IMG/VR virus record: IMGVR_UViG_3300029891_000081
Coordinates: 1-40,242 of that record
Direction: 5' to 3' (one strand)
DNA length: 40,242 nt
DNA from: a virus
Taxonomy: Duplodnaviria; Caudoviricetes
Of the stretch, positions 1-8,270 are shown one piece after another. The first letter of the stretch is position 1. Every line of letters begins with the position of its first letter. The translations under genes and the position numbers were made by a program. The notes below the pieces were generated by a model. It worked only from the letters and a program-made list of their open reading frames with translations, was not told the origin of the DNA and did not search any database.

Positions 1-1029
1 ATGCCCTTTCGTTTCTGGCGCCGCTTTCGTCTGGCCCCCGGAGTCACGCTGAACCTGTCGAAGTCGACCGCCTCGCTCTCCTTCGGCCCGCGCGGGGCGA
101 AGTATACGATCAGCCCGCGCGGCAACCGCGCGACATTTGGCATTCCGGGTACGGGACTGTTCTACACGGTGCGCGATCCTGGAGCCGCAGGGCGTCGCGG
201 CGCATCGGCGCGCGCGGCGCCAGCAGCCGATGACCGGCTTACGCTCGGCTTCTTCCAGCGGCTCGTGACCCCTGCTGACGAGCAGGGCCTGGTGGATGGC
301 CTTCGCGCCCTTCACGAGGGCGATCATGACCGAGCGCTCGGCCTGCTGGAAGGCTCGGCCCGTCTGGCGGACGCGGCCTGGATGGCCGGCATGCTGCGTC
401 TGCGCTTTGGTGATTTCAGTGAGGCGCGCGGCCATCTCCAGAACGCACTGAGCCGCCTCTCCGAGCTGGGCGCGCACTTTGAGCGCTACGGGCTCGATGC
501 CGAGATCAGCCTGCCCATCACGCCTGAGATCACGGCGCACATCAGACCGCGCGAGAGAGGCACGCGGCTGGCGCTCGTCGAGGTCGCGCAGCTTGAGGGC
601 CGCCATGACGATGCGCTGGCGCATATCGAGCGGCTGATGGAGGTCGACCCGGCCGATCCGGTGGTGCTTCTGTCCTTCGCCGAACTGGCGCTCGATACGC
701 CCGAGGACCGCGCACTGATGGACCGGGTGGTGCGCGCCACGGCGCAGGTGGAAAACGAAACCCCGGTCGATACGGCGATCCTGCTCTATCGCGGCAAGGC
801 GCTCGCGGCGCTGGGCCTGCCGGATGCCGCCATCGACGTATTCACGCTGGCCAACCGCCGCCGCAAGGACCGGCCCGAGGCGCTGCTGCTCCAGATCCGC
901 TATGATCGCGCGGTGCTCTACGACCATGTCGGCCGCAAGGCAGAAGCGCGGCGCGAGTTCGAGCGGGTGTATGCCGAGGATCCAGGCTTGGAGGATGTCG
1001 CTGAACGGTTGGGCATACTGGCCCATTGA
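1..1029 (+). CDS. DUF4236-domain protein with C-terminal TPR-like repeats
   Basis: The N-terminus FRFWRRFRLAPGVTLNLSKS...SFGPRGAKYTIS...TFGIPGTGLFY is typical of DUF4236. Helical TPR-like segments follow (LLYRGKALAALG, RYDRAVLYDHVG...EFERVYAEDP). Confidence 0.8.
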   Translation: MPFRFWRRFRLAPGVTLNLSKSTASLSFGPRGAKYTISPRGNRATFGIPGTGLFYTVRDPGAAGRRGASARAAPAADDRLTLGFFQRLVTPADEQGLVDGLRALHEGDHDRALGLLEGSARLADAAWMAGMLRLRFGDFSEARGHLQNALSRLSELGAHFERYGLDAEISLPITPEITAHIRPRERGTRLALVEVAQLEGRHDDALAHIERLMEVDPADPVVLLSFAELALDTPEDRALMDRVVRATAQVENETPVDTAILLYRGKALAALGLPDAAIDVFTLANRRRKDRPEALLLQIRYDRAVLYDHVGRKAEARREFERVYAEDPGLEDVAERLGILAH

Positions 1030-1060
1030 TCCAGAGCAAACCCCAATGTTGCGCCAAGAC

Positions 1061-1438
1061 CTACTCTCTGAACTCTCCCGTTTGCCGAATAAAACCTGCG
1101 TCCTCAGACGGTTCATCCCACTTCTCAGCCACTGGCAACCAGCGTTCGATCTCATCGCGAAATGCGGCATCGTCAGCCTTGAGGTGGAACGTGTAGAGCC
1201 GGTTGACGATCTGGCGCATCAGATCACGCATCTCGTCGTCGTCGATGCGGGAGACTTCGGTCCATGGGATCCGTTGACCGTCGGCGTCCAGAACGAAGAC
1301 GTCCGAGTAGTCGCCGACCCGGGTGATCGGGACTTGGCCCGCGTGCAAATGCTCCAGCATGGAGTTACGCACGCAGATCATGGCCATGATCCTGGCCAAA
1401 CGCGCTGCGATGCGGTGTTCGTCATCCTCGTTCATCAT
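1061..1438 (-). CDS. Hypothetical protein (125 aa)
   Basis: Protein-like composition; fills the gap between the spanin and the convergent TPR gene. No recognisable motif. Confidence 0.65.
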   Translation of the reverse strand: MMNEDDEHRIAARLARIMAMICVRNSMLEHLHAGQVPITRVGDYSDVFVLDADGQRIPWTEVSRIDDDEMRDLMRQIVNRLYTFHLKADDAAFRDEIERWLPVAEKWDEPSEDAGFIRQTGEFRE

Positions 1439-1497
1439 TGAAGGAGCTTATCTGATCGAACCTCCACGCGTCATGTTTTTGGAAGGATTCGACGCGA

Positions 1498-1728
1498 TCA
1501 ACGCAGACACGCCCGCGCCTGATCCCGCATGACGGCATAGTCGCTGAGCATTTCGGCGATAGCCGACCCCTCCGGCAGCAAATCGAGCTCGTCGGCCGCG
1601 CGCGCCTGGAACTCGCGGGTGTACTCCACAACGGGCGGGCAGACGGTGGGGATCCGGGGTTCAGAACCGCCCGTCGCGCAGCCGGTCAGCGAGATCGTCA
1701 CGATCGCGAGGACGGCGAGACGCCGCAT
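1498..1728 (-). CDS. Putative o-spanin lipoprotein (Rz1-like)
   Basis: MRRLAVLAIVTISLTG-C signal peptide with lipobox, followed by a Pro-rich segment. The start overlaps the 3' end of the i-spanin in another frame. Start re-called from 1842 to ATG 1728. Confidence 0.75.
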   Translation of the reverse strand: MRRLAVLAIVTISLTGCATGGSEPRIPTVCPPVVEYTREFQARAADELDLLPEGSAIAEMLSDYAVMRDQARACLR

Positions 1729-1918
1729 CGAGCATCTGGCGTTGGACGTCATTGACCTTCTCCGAGGTTTCGAGGCGTTCGGCGAGGCGGCCAGCGCGCT
1801 CGCCGGAGCGCCGGAGCGCGAGCAGGAACAGAAGCACCGCAAGTGCGATGGCGCCGTAGCGCAGGGCCGCCCGCATCCACGGAGCGGCGGCGATCCCGGT
1901 GAACAGGGCGGCGATCAT
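1661..1918 (-). CDS. Putative i-spanin (Rz-like)
   Basis: 85 aa with an N-terminal TM (YGAIALAVLLFLLAL) and a charged helical tail. ATGA overlap with the endolysin stop. Confidence 0.7.
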   Translation of the reverse strand: MIAALFTGIAAAPWMRAALRYGAIALAVLLFLLALRRSGERAGRLAERLETSEKVNDVQRQMLDAASRRPRDRDDLADRLRDGRF

Positions 1919-2589
1919 CGACGCCCCCGCTTCCAGTCGTCGAGGCGGGCGTAAATCGTCACGGCGACGCCCGCGAGGGCGACCGCGATGAGCACCCAGC
2001 GCAGCGTGTCGAGATAGGGCACGAGCGGCAGGATGGCGGATTGCGTCTCGGCCAGGACGCTCTGCGCGACCTCGACCCCGGCTGCGCCGAGCGTCGCCAC
2101 ACCGGCCGCGCCGCTGCCCTTCATGGTGCGGCTGTCGGCCAGCACTTCGCGCGCGGGCGGCGTCTCGGCTGCAAAGGCGGTCGCCCTCACCGGAAAGCGC
2201 TCGCCCCACTGACGCGCCGGCCCGAGATCGATGTGCATGAAGCCCGAGCGCGGATAGAAGCCGAAGCCGAGAAAGCCGACGGCTCGGGCGGCGGCCTCGA
2301 AGGCTACGGGATCGTGGTTGGCCATGGCGATGTCGAAGGCGGCGCCATCCATGTGCTTCGACGCCTTGGCTCCGCCCACCGCGCGATTGTGCTCGGGGCT
2401 GCGATAGGCCGAGCGGATGATCAGGGGCTTGCCCAGCCGGTCGCGCAGCGCCTGCAGCTTGTCGAGAGCGGGTTCGTTGATCAGCAGCTTGCCGGTGCCG
2501 CGGCAAGCAAGCTCGGCCGGGCTGAAGTTCGGCCAGCGCCAGCTGCTCTCAGGCACGTCGCGCCAGTGACGGTGGAAAGTCGTGGTCAT
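1915..2589 (-). CDS. Endolysin, peptidase M15A family, with C-terminal hydrophobic segments
   Basis: SAYRS..HN..VGG...SKHMDGAAFD and FMHID zinc-ligand motifs. GGAGG RBS before ATG 2589. C-terminal TM WVLIAVALAGVAVTIYA. Confidence 0.88.
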   Translation of the reverse strand: MTTTFHRHWRDVPESSWRWPNFSPAELACRGTGKLLINEPALDKLQALRDRLGKPLIIRSAYRSPEHNRAVGGAKASKHMDGAAFDIAMANHDPVAFEAAARAVGFLGFGFYPRSGFMHIDLGPARQWGERFPVRATAFAAETPPAREVLADSRTMKGSGAAGVATLGAAGVEVAQSVLAETQSAILPLVPYLDTLRWVLIAVALAGVAVTIYARLDDWKRGRR

Positions 2590-2600
2590 GGGGTCCTCCG

Positions 2601-2633
2601 AAAACGAAAAACCCGCTCCTCTGCGAGGGCGGG
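2601..2633 (-). terminator. Rho-independent terminator-like hairpin upstream of the endolysin
   Basis: Minus strand reads CCCGCCCTC-GCA-GAGGAGCGGG followed by TTTTTCGTTTT. Confidence 0.65.
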
Positions 2634-2660
2634 CGGCGGGTATTCCAATGTGTGCGGAGC

Positions 2661-2951
2661 TTACGGTGATGGACCGAACAGCTTCAGCTTGATGGCGATG
2701 CCGGCCATCAGGGCGAGCAGGACGCCGGTGGTGATCAGGCGCACGGCGGTCTGGACTGCAGTTTGCCTGGCCAGCCGAAACCCGGCCAGCAGCGAGCGCA
2801 GATCGCGGATGTCCTCGGCGGCATGCTGGCCATCGAGGCCGACCTCGTGCAGGGCGCGGCGCGCGCCGGTTTCGGCGGCGCGCTCCAAGAGCGCCTCGAA
2901 CTCGTCGTTTGGCAGGCTGATCAGTCTGCCGATGTCGCGTTTTCGGTCCAT
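2661..2951 (-). CDS. DUF6127-family small membrane protein (possible holin-like lysis protein)
   Basis: 96 aa, EFEALLERAAETGARRALHEVGLDG...DIRDLRSLL, with a single C-terminal TM. Lies directly upstream of the endolysin. Confidence 0.7.
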   Translation of the reverse strand: MDRKRDIGRLISLPNDEFEALLERAAETGARRALHEVGLDGQHAAEDIRDLRSLLAGFRLARQTAVQTAVRLITTGVLLALMAGIAIKLKLFGPSP

Positions 2952-2974
2952 GGGTCTGGCTCTCGGTCTGGCGA

Positions 2975-4252
2975 TCAGAGGACCAGCGTGCCGGCGAGCG
3001 TGAAGCCGATATCGGCCAAGGTCGCATCGGGCGTCGTCGGGGCGACCACGCTGAGCACCTGGCCGGGCTCCAGCACGGTTTCGCTGGCCGCAATGAAGGT
3101 GGCGGTGGTTCCGGCGGCCGCAAAGCGCATGGTGGCGAAGCTCGTGCCGTTTCGGCGGATGTCGAAATCGGTCTGCGCAGTGGCCGCTACGCCCGCGACG
3201 CCCTGACTGCCGACAAGATCGACCTTCATTCGGGTGCGGCGGGCGACGGGCACGCGCAGGAGAACTTCGTCTGCGCCGGGTTGGCCCGTCCTGAAGCCGG
3301 TCAGGTCGGCCGGGGGATCGGCGGCATCCTGGGTTTCGACCACCTGGATTGCGAACCAGCAGCGCATGGTGCCAACACCCTTGATGGTCCTTGCCGCAGA
3401 GAGGAACACGGCGACATCGAAATAATCCCCCGCGACGACCGGCACCGCTGCGCTGGCGAGGTTGAGCTGCCCGTCCGTGAAGCCTGATGCGCCAGAAGCC
3501 GCGCCGCCACCGGTGATCTCGCTGCCGTTCTTGCGGATGACGGCGGTCCAGTTGGCGCTGCCGCCCTCGAAGCGGATGTTGGCCGTGAGTGCGACCTTGG
3601 TGACGCCCGCGGGAACGGTCAGCCGGGTGTTTGCGCCGACCGCATGGAAAGCGTCCGTGTCGTAGCCGACCGTGTCGAACTGGATGGCGGTCCATGTCGA
3701 CGCCGCGACCGACTGGTCGATGGTCTTGCGCGCCAGCGCGCCCCGGAACGGCAGCAGGGCGCGGTTGAAGATGCCGACGCCCGCAGCGCCCCAGAGCGCG
3801 CCGTCGAACTGGAGCACGTCGCCGTTCGCGGCACCGGCGATGGAGACGTCGGTGAGATCACCCAGCGCGCCGGCGCCGCCGCCGACCCCGTAGAGATCGC
3901 TGCCATTGCCCTGCACCAGCACGGTGGCGCCGGGCACGATGGCGACCTCCGCGCCGGAGCCTGCATATTTGGCGCGGACGTCCTGGCCGCCACTCGTCGC
4001 ATTGCGGATGGCGAGCCGGCGATGATTGGCGGGCAGTGTCAGGGTCCGGGAGGCCGTCAGCGGGCCGGTGAGGACGATCAGGCCGTTACGGTTCGTCTGA
4101 TCCACGCTCAGCGCCTGGTTGGCGTCGGCCATGGCCAGCGACAGCGCCCGGTTCATGGCATTGTCGAGGGCATCGACCGCGTCGTTGATCGTGACTTCCT
4201 TCTGGTTCTGGGCGGCGGCGACATGGGTCACGGCCAGATTGGGGCTGGGCAT
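2975..4252 (-). CDS. Tail fibre / receptor-binding protein (DUF2793-like N-terminus, internal C1q-like domain)
   Basis: N-terminal PNLAVTHVAAAQNQKEVTINDA..ALD; fibre motif LGDLTDVSI..AANGDVLQFDG..W; last gene of the tail module. Confidence 0.8.
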   Translation of the reverse strand: MPSPNLAVTHVAAAQNQKEVTINDAVDALDNAMNRALSLAMADANQALSVDQTNRNGLIVLTGPLTASRTLTLPANHRRLAIRNATSGGQDVRAKYAGSGAEVAIVPGATVLVQGNGSDLYGVGGGAGALGDLTDVSIAGAANGDVLQFDGALWGAAGVGIFNRALLPFRGALARKTIDQSVAASTWTAIQFDTVGYDTDAFHAVGANTRLTVPAGVTKVALTANIRFEGGSANWTAVIRKNGSEITGGGAASGASGFTDGQLNLASAAVPVVAGDYFDVAVFLSAARTIKGVGTMRCWFAIQVVETQDAADPPADLTGFRTGQPGADEVLLRVPVARRTRMKVDLVGSQGVAGVAATAQTDFDIRRNGTSFATMRFAAAGTTATFIAASETVLEPGQVLSVVAPTTPDATLADIGFTLAGTLVL

Positions 4253-4265
4253 CGGGTGATCTCCC

Positions 4266-7200
4266 CTATGGGATTTCCAGGGTGACGGTGCGCGGGAAGC
4301 CGCGCCCCGCGACGGCGCTCATTTGATGGACGGCGACCGACACGACCGCGGGCACCGCGCCGAAATCGGCCAGGATGTCGGCATTGGCATAGACGACGCT
4401 GGGGCTCGTCGCGGTGAGCGTCCGCTTCACCGCACCGCCCGGGCCGGAGAGGATGTCGATCTCGTAGACCTCGGATGTCTCGCCGAGCGGCACGAGGCCG
4501 GTGCCGTCCTTTAGCTCGCCACCGATCCGGGTCCGCCGGACCCATGAGAGGCTGATGTCGGCCGGGCTGCCGGTCAGGGCCGCCTGCACGTTCCAGGGCG
4601 CGTAGGGCTTGAGGTCGCGGCCCGAGTGGCTCTGAAGAAGCGTTTCCGCATCCTCGAAGATCGTGCCGAAGCCGACCGCCCTCCAGGACCGGGGCAGATC
4701 GAGATCGCCGAGCGAGGTGACCATGGCCTCGACATCGTCGGCATCGAGCAGGACGAACAACTCGCCGGCCTCGTGCCCTTCGACGAAGACATCCGTGCCG
4801 CGCCGACCCCGCAAGAGGCCTGTGAGCATGCAGGAGCCGTCCGGATTCAGCGTCACGTCGCGGAACTGGATGATCTCGGGCTCTCCATTGGCCTTGAGGA
4901 CGAGGGCCGCATTGGCGCCGTTGACGAGGGCCTCCTGCGTGACGCTTTCGAGCCGCTCGCCGCCGGTGGCCATGAAGACGGTGAGGCTGTTTTCCTCGTC
5001 GGTGCCGAACGGTGAACGAGGCGCGCCCGGCGCATTCGCCGTGGCGCCCCATGCCGCCTCGCTCAAGGCCCGTCCGACCTGCGCCCAGGCCGAGCCGTCG
5101 GCGCTCCGATAGAGGGAGGCGCCGGGCCATCCGGGCATGCCGTACCCGCCCATGAGGTAGTAAATGCGAGATCCCGACCCGCCCGCGTCATCGGTGTCGC
5201 GCAGCAGCGGCAGGTCGGGCAGGATCAGCCGCGTCGCGGCCTGGCTGCCGACGACCTGGACCGGTTTGCCGGAACCGCCATCGGCAGCCACGTTGGAGAC
5301 GTAGGTGGCGGCAGCCTCTGAAACGCCCTTCACGGCGAGCGAGAAATCGGCCCCGACATCGAGACGGGTGATGCGGGTCCGGAAGGTCGAGCCCGAGGCA
5401 AAGACCACATCCACCACATCGGTCGGATCGAGCCGCAGCCAGTCGGGCGGCAGTTCGGCCTCGTAGGCGCTGCGCTCGACCCAGGCGCTGTAGAGCGTCC
5501 TGGCGGCGATGCGCTTGGCCGTGGTGGCGTCGATGGCGAGCGCCAGTTCGAGGCTCGCCTGGTTGCGCGAATGCATGGTGGGGAGCGGCAGGGAGGCGCG
5601 CTTTTCGCTCTGCATGCCCTGCTGGTAGTCGGCTTGCGCGTCCATGTAGACGACGCTGACGCGCTCGGGCAGTTCGACTTCCTGTGTGCGGCGCTCGCGC
5701 CAGCTCTCGCCCGTCTGGCTGTCGAGCGGCACGAGATATTCGGCCGGGATCGTGCCAACCGGGGCACGGCCGCGGTTCCGGAAGCGCAGCGTGTCGTCGC
5801 TCTCGGCGGCGTCGAAGAAAAAGGCCTGTGCCAGCGGCTCGATCGCGCCGCGCATGGTGGTCTGCCGCCCGATCACATAGCCCGGGACAGAAGTCCCGAG
5901 TTCCCCAACGTCGATGTCGGCCAGTCCCAGCCCCCCGCGTCCGCAGAGATCGGCGACGATGGAGGACAGCGCCTCGCCCTCGCCCCCGCCGCGATTGAGG
6001 AAGAGCTTCGCCCAGCCCTGGCTGCCGCGCACCAGATGCGTGTCGGTGACGGCATCGTAAGCCTGCGCGCCGCCTTCGCTGACCGCACCCGGCCAGAGCT
6101 CATCGAGAACGAGAGCGCCCGTGGCGGTGTCGAGCTGGATGACGCGCGTGCCCCGCATGCATGTCCAGCGCTGGCCGCGCAGGCGGCTCTGACCGAAATA
6201 GGGCCCCTCGTAGTTGATCTGGATCGGAACGACCGTCTTCCAGACGATGCCGGTGTCTGCGCGCCACTTGACCGTGTAGATCGCGCCGGGTGATCCCCCG
6301 TTCGAGAGGCGGACCTGGAAGATGACGCTGTCATCGGTGGTGTCGTAGGTGAGGCCGCCGGCACTGCTGTAGAACCCGGTCGCACCGCCCTCGATCTCCG
6401 CCGGGCCGAATGTCGCCATCTTCTCGAAGGTGACGCCGAGCGACTGGCCGGTCAGCGCATCGTACCGGGCGAGCGCCGAGACCCGGATGCGATAGAGGCC
6501 AAGACTCGCATGGTTCGTGCTCGTCCCGCTGCCGAGGATCCAGCCCTCCCCGAAGCTTGTCTCCACCGCGCCGCCGATGACGCCCCGAACGCCAGGCTCG
6601 GCGACGCTCTGCCCGGCGCCCCAGACATAGCCCATGGCGTCGGCGCGCAGCAGGCCGACATCATCGAAGAGCGATCCGGTGAGAACGAAGTCGACGCGAC
6701 CGGACGGCCCATAGGCCGAGATCATCCCCATCCAGTTCGTGGTCACGAACCGCAGGGTCGAATTGGTCAGGCCGTTACCGGTGGAGCCGAAGCGGCCGAC
6801 TTCCTTCAGGGCATTCGGCTCGACCCGAATGATCGGCCGCGAGTTGCCGGAGCCGACTGTCAGGTAGAGATGGCCGTCCTCACCGCAGAACAGCGTGCCC
6901 GGAAAGCCGTTTGGCGCGACGCTCGTGACGTCCGTCATCCGCGCCTGGCGGTCCTCCTTCATGGTCCGCAGGCTGAAGCGGCGGATGCCGGCGGCGTCGG
7001 CGTTGCTGCTCGACGAGATGAAGTAGCCATGGCCGCGCCGCCAATCGACGGCCAGGTCGTCGATCTGGTCGGTGCCGAAATATCCGCCTTCGCCGGTCGT
7101 GATGAAATCCAGCAGCTGGTAGGGCTGCTGCGCCGCCCGCCGATAGGTGATCTCGACCGTGATGTTGGGGATGCGGTTGCCGAAGTCGGCAAGCGCCAGG

Positions 7201-7769
7201 TCCTCGAAGACGATGGTGACAAGCCCCCGATGGGCGGGTGCGCGACCCTGCCCCACATGGGCTTCGATCAGCGGATCGGCCAGCTGATCCTCCGCACCCG
7301 AATGGAAGCGGAACCTGAGATCGGGTTTGGCGACGTCGGGGCTCGCACCGGTCTTGTCGTAGATGAGCTTGCCGTCCGCCCAGATCCGAAGCACGTCCTG
7401 CGCCGGGCCTTCGCCGAAGCTGAGCGCGAAGGACGCGAAATAGGAATAGGTGACCGAGGTCTGGGTGGCACCGCCGCCCCCCTTGCCGCCCGAGCGGGTC
7501 CGGGTGACGTTCTGCCGCTCGGCTATGCCGGAGGACCAGATCATGTTGCCGGCCATGCGCAAGGTGCCGTAGCCGATGGCGATCGATGCGCCATAGGCGG
7601 AGGACGAAACGGTCAGGTCGCCGAGGCGGGGACCCTCGGTGGTGACATTCTGGCCCTTGCCCGGAAACAGGAGGCTGCCGACGACCGAGCCGACGAGCCA
7701 GCCGGCCTGCCAGCCGAGACCGACGGCGGAGCCGAGCGCGGCGCCGCCCACTGCGACGAGGATGGCCAT
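4266..7769 (-). CDS. Large tail-tip / host-specificity protein (GTA g15 / Phage-tail_3-like)
   Basis: EGPRLGDL..SSSAYG..I...YG..RMAGNMIW, RIWADGKL, PAHRGL..IVFEDL.LADFGNRIPNI.VE and a C-terminal LSWVRRTR...VPLGE..E.YEIDI motif. Confidence 0.88.
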   Translation of the reverse strand: MAILVAVGGAALGSAVGLGWQAGWLVGSVVGSLLFPGKGQNVTTEGPRLGDLTVSSSAYGASIAIGYGTLRMAGNMIWSSGIAERQNVTRTRSGGKGGGGATQTSVTYSYFASFALSFGEGPAQDVLRIWADGKLIYDKTGASPDVAKPDLRFRFHSGAEDQLADPLIEAHVGQGRAPAHRGLVTIVFEDLALADFGNRIPNITVEITYRRAAQQPYQLLDFITTGEGGYFGTDQIDDLAVDWRRGHGYFISSSSNADAAGIRRFSLRTMKEDRQARMTDVTSVAPNGFPGTLFCGEDGHLYLTVGSGNSRPIIRVEPNALKEVGRFGSTGNGLTNSTLRFVTTNWMGMISAYGPSGRVDFVLTGSLFDDVGLLRADAMGYVWGAGQSVAEPGVRGVIGGAVETSFGEGWILGSGTSTNHASLGLYRIRVSALARYDALTGQSLGVTFEKMATFGPAEIEGGATGFYSSAGGLTYDTTDDSVIFQVRLSNGGSPGAIYTVKWRADTGIVWKTVVPIQINYEGPYFGQSRLRGQRWTCMRGTRVIQLDTATGALVLDELWPGAVSEGGAQAYDAVTDTHLVRGSQGWAKLFLNRGGGEGEALSSIVADLCGRGGLGLADIDVGELGTSVPGYVIGRQTTMRGAIEPLAQAFFFDAAESDDTLRFRNRGRAPVGTIPAEYLVPLDSQTGESWRERRTQEVELPERVSVVYMDAQADYQQGMQSEKRASLPLPTMHSRNQASLELALAIDATTAKRIAARTLYSAWVERSAYEAELPPDWLRLDPTDVVDVVFASGSTFRTRITRLDVGADFSLAVKGVSEAAATYVSNVAADGGSGKPVQVVGSQAATRLILPDLPLLRDTDDAGGSGSRIYYLMGGYGMPGWPGASLYRSADGSAWAQVGRALSEAAWGATANAPGAPRSPFGTDEENSLTVFMATGGERLESVTQEALVNGANAALVLKANGEPEIIQFRDVTLNPDGSCMLTGLLRGRRGTDVFVEGHEAGELFVLLDADDVEAMVTSLGDLDLPRSWRAVGFGTIFEDAETLLQSHSGRDLKPYAPWNVQAALTGSPADISLSWVRRTRIGGELKDGTGLVPLGETSEVYEIDILSGPGGAVKRTLTATSPSVVYANADILADFGAVPAVVSVAVHQMSAVAGRGFPRTVTLEIP

Positions 7770-7770
7770 T

Positions 7771-7827
7771 GAGCGTTCTCAGCGAAAGTGGGAACCGGTT
7801 TCACGTCCGAGAACGCGACACACAAAG
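7771..7827. repeat. Short palindromic intergenic element resembling half of an alphaproteobacterial Bru-RS/CIR-type repeat
   Basis: GAGCGTTCTCAGCGAAAGTGGGAACCGGTTTCACGTCCGAGAACGCGACACACAAAG. Outer stem GCGTTCTC (7773-7780) pairs with GAGAACGC (7809-7816) around an AACCGGTT core. Confidence 0.55.
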
Positions 7828-7835
7828 TCCCGAGG

Positions 7836-8270
7836 TCAGGATCCGGATTGGCGAAAGCGGAAGGCGAACTTGATCTTGGCCGGCCATTCGCCGGCATGGG
7901 GTTCCTCGATCACCTGCCGACGCGTGGCGTGCGCGTGCAGGAGATGCGGCTTGCCGAGCCGTTCGGTCAGGAAGCCGCAATGGCAGGGATAGGCCTGATC
8001 GGCGAAGACGAGCACGTCACCGGGGCGGGCCTCCGGGATGGCGACGCCGTCCATGTTCGCGCGAAAGTGCCCGGCGAAGCCCTGTCCCTGTGCGCGGCGG
8101 CTGTAGCCGGTGCTGTCATAGTCAGACAGGTGCAGCGCATGTGCGACGCAGACCACCAGCCCGACGCAGTCGATGCCCGAACGCGTGCGCCCCTGATGGC
8201 GCCAGGGCACGCCGAGCCAGCCGCGCGCCGCGGCGACGATCGTGTCGGATGTAATGATCTCAGCGGGCAT
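7836..8270 (-). CDS. NlpC/P60 tail-associated peptidase (GTA g14-like)
   Basis: ARGWLGVPWRHQGR...GIDCVGLV (catalytic Cys), PGDVLVF, HCG, LLHAH. Confidence 0.9.
   Translation of the reverse strand: MPAEIITSDTIVAAARGWLGVPWRHQGRTRSGIDCVGLVVCVAHALHLSDYDSTGYSRRAQGQGFAGHFRANMDGVAIPEARPGDVLVFADQAYPCHCGFLTERLGKPHLLHAHATRRQVIEEPHAGEWPAKIKFAFRFRQSGS

Noticed and set aside
2975-4252. Diversity-generating retroelement or invertible tail-fibre cassette
   Set aside because: No reverse transcriptase, invertase or duplicated template/variable repeat seen in the window.
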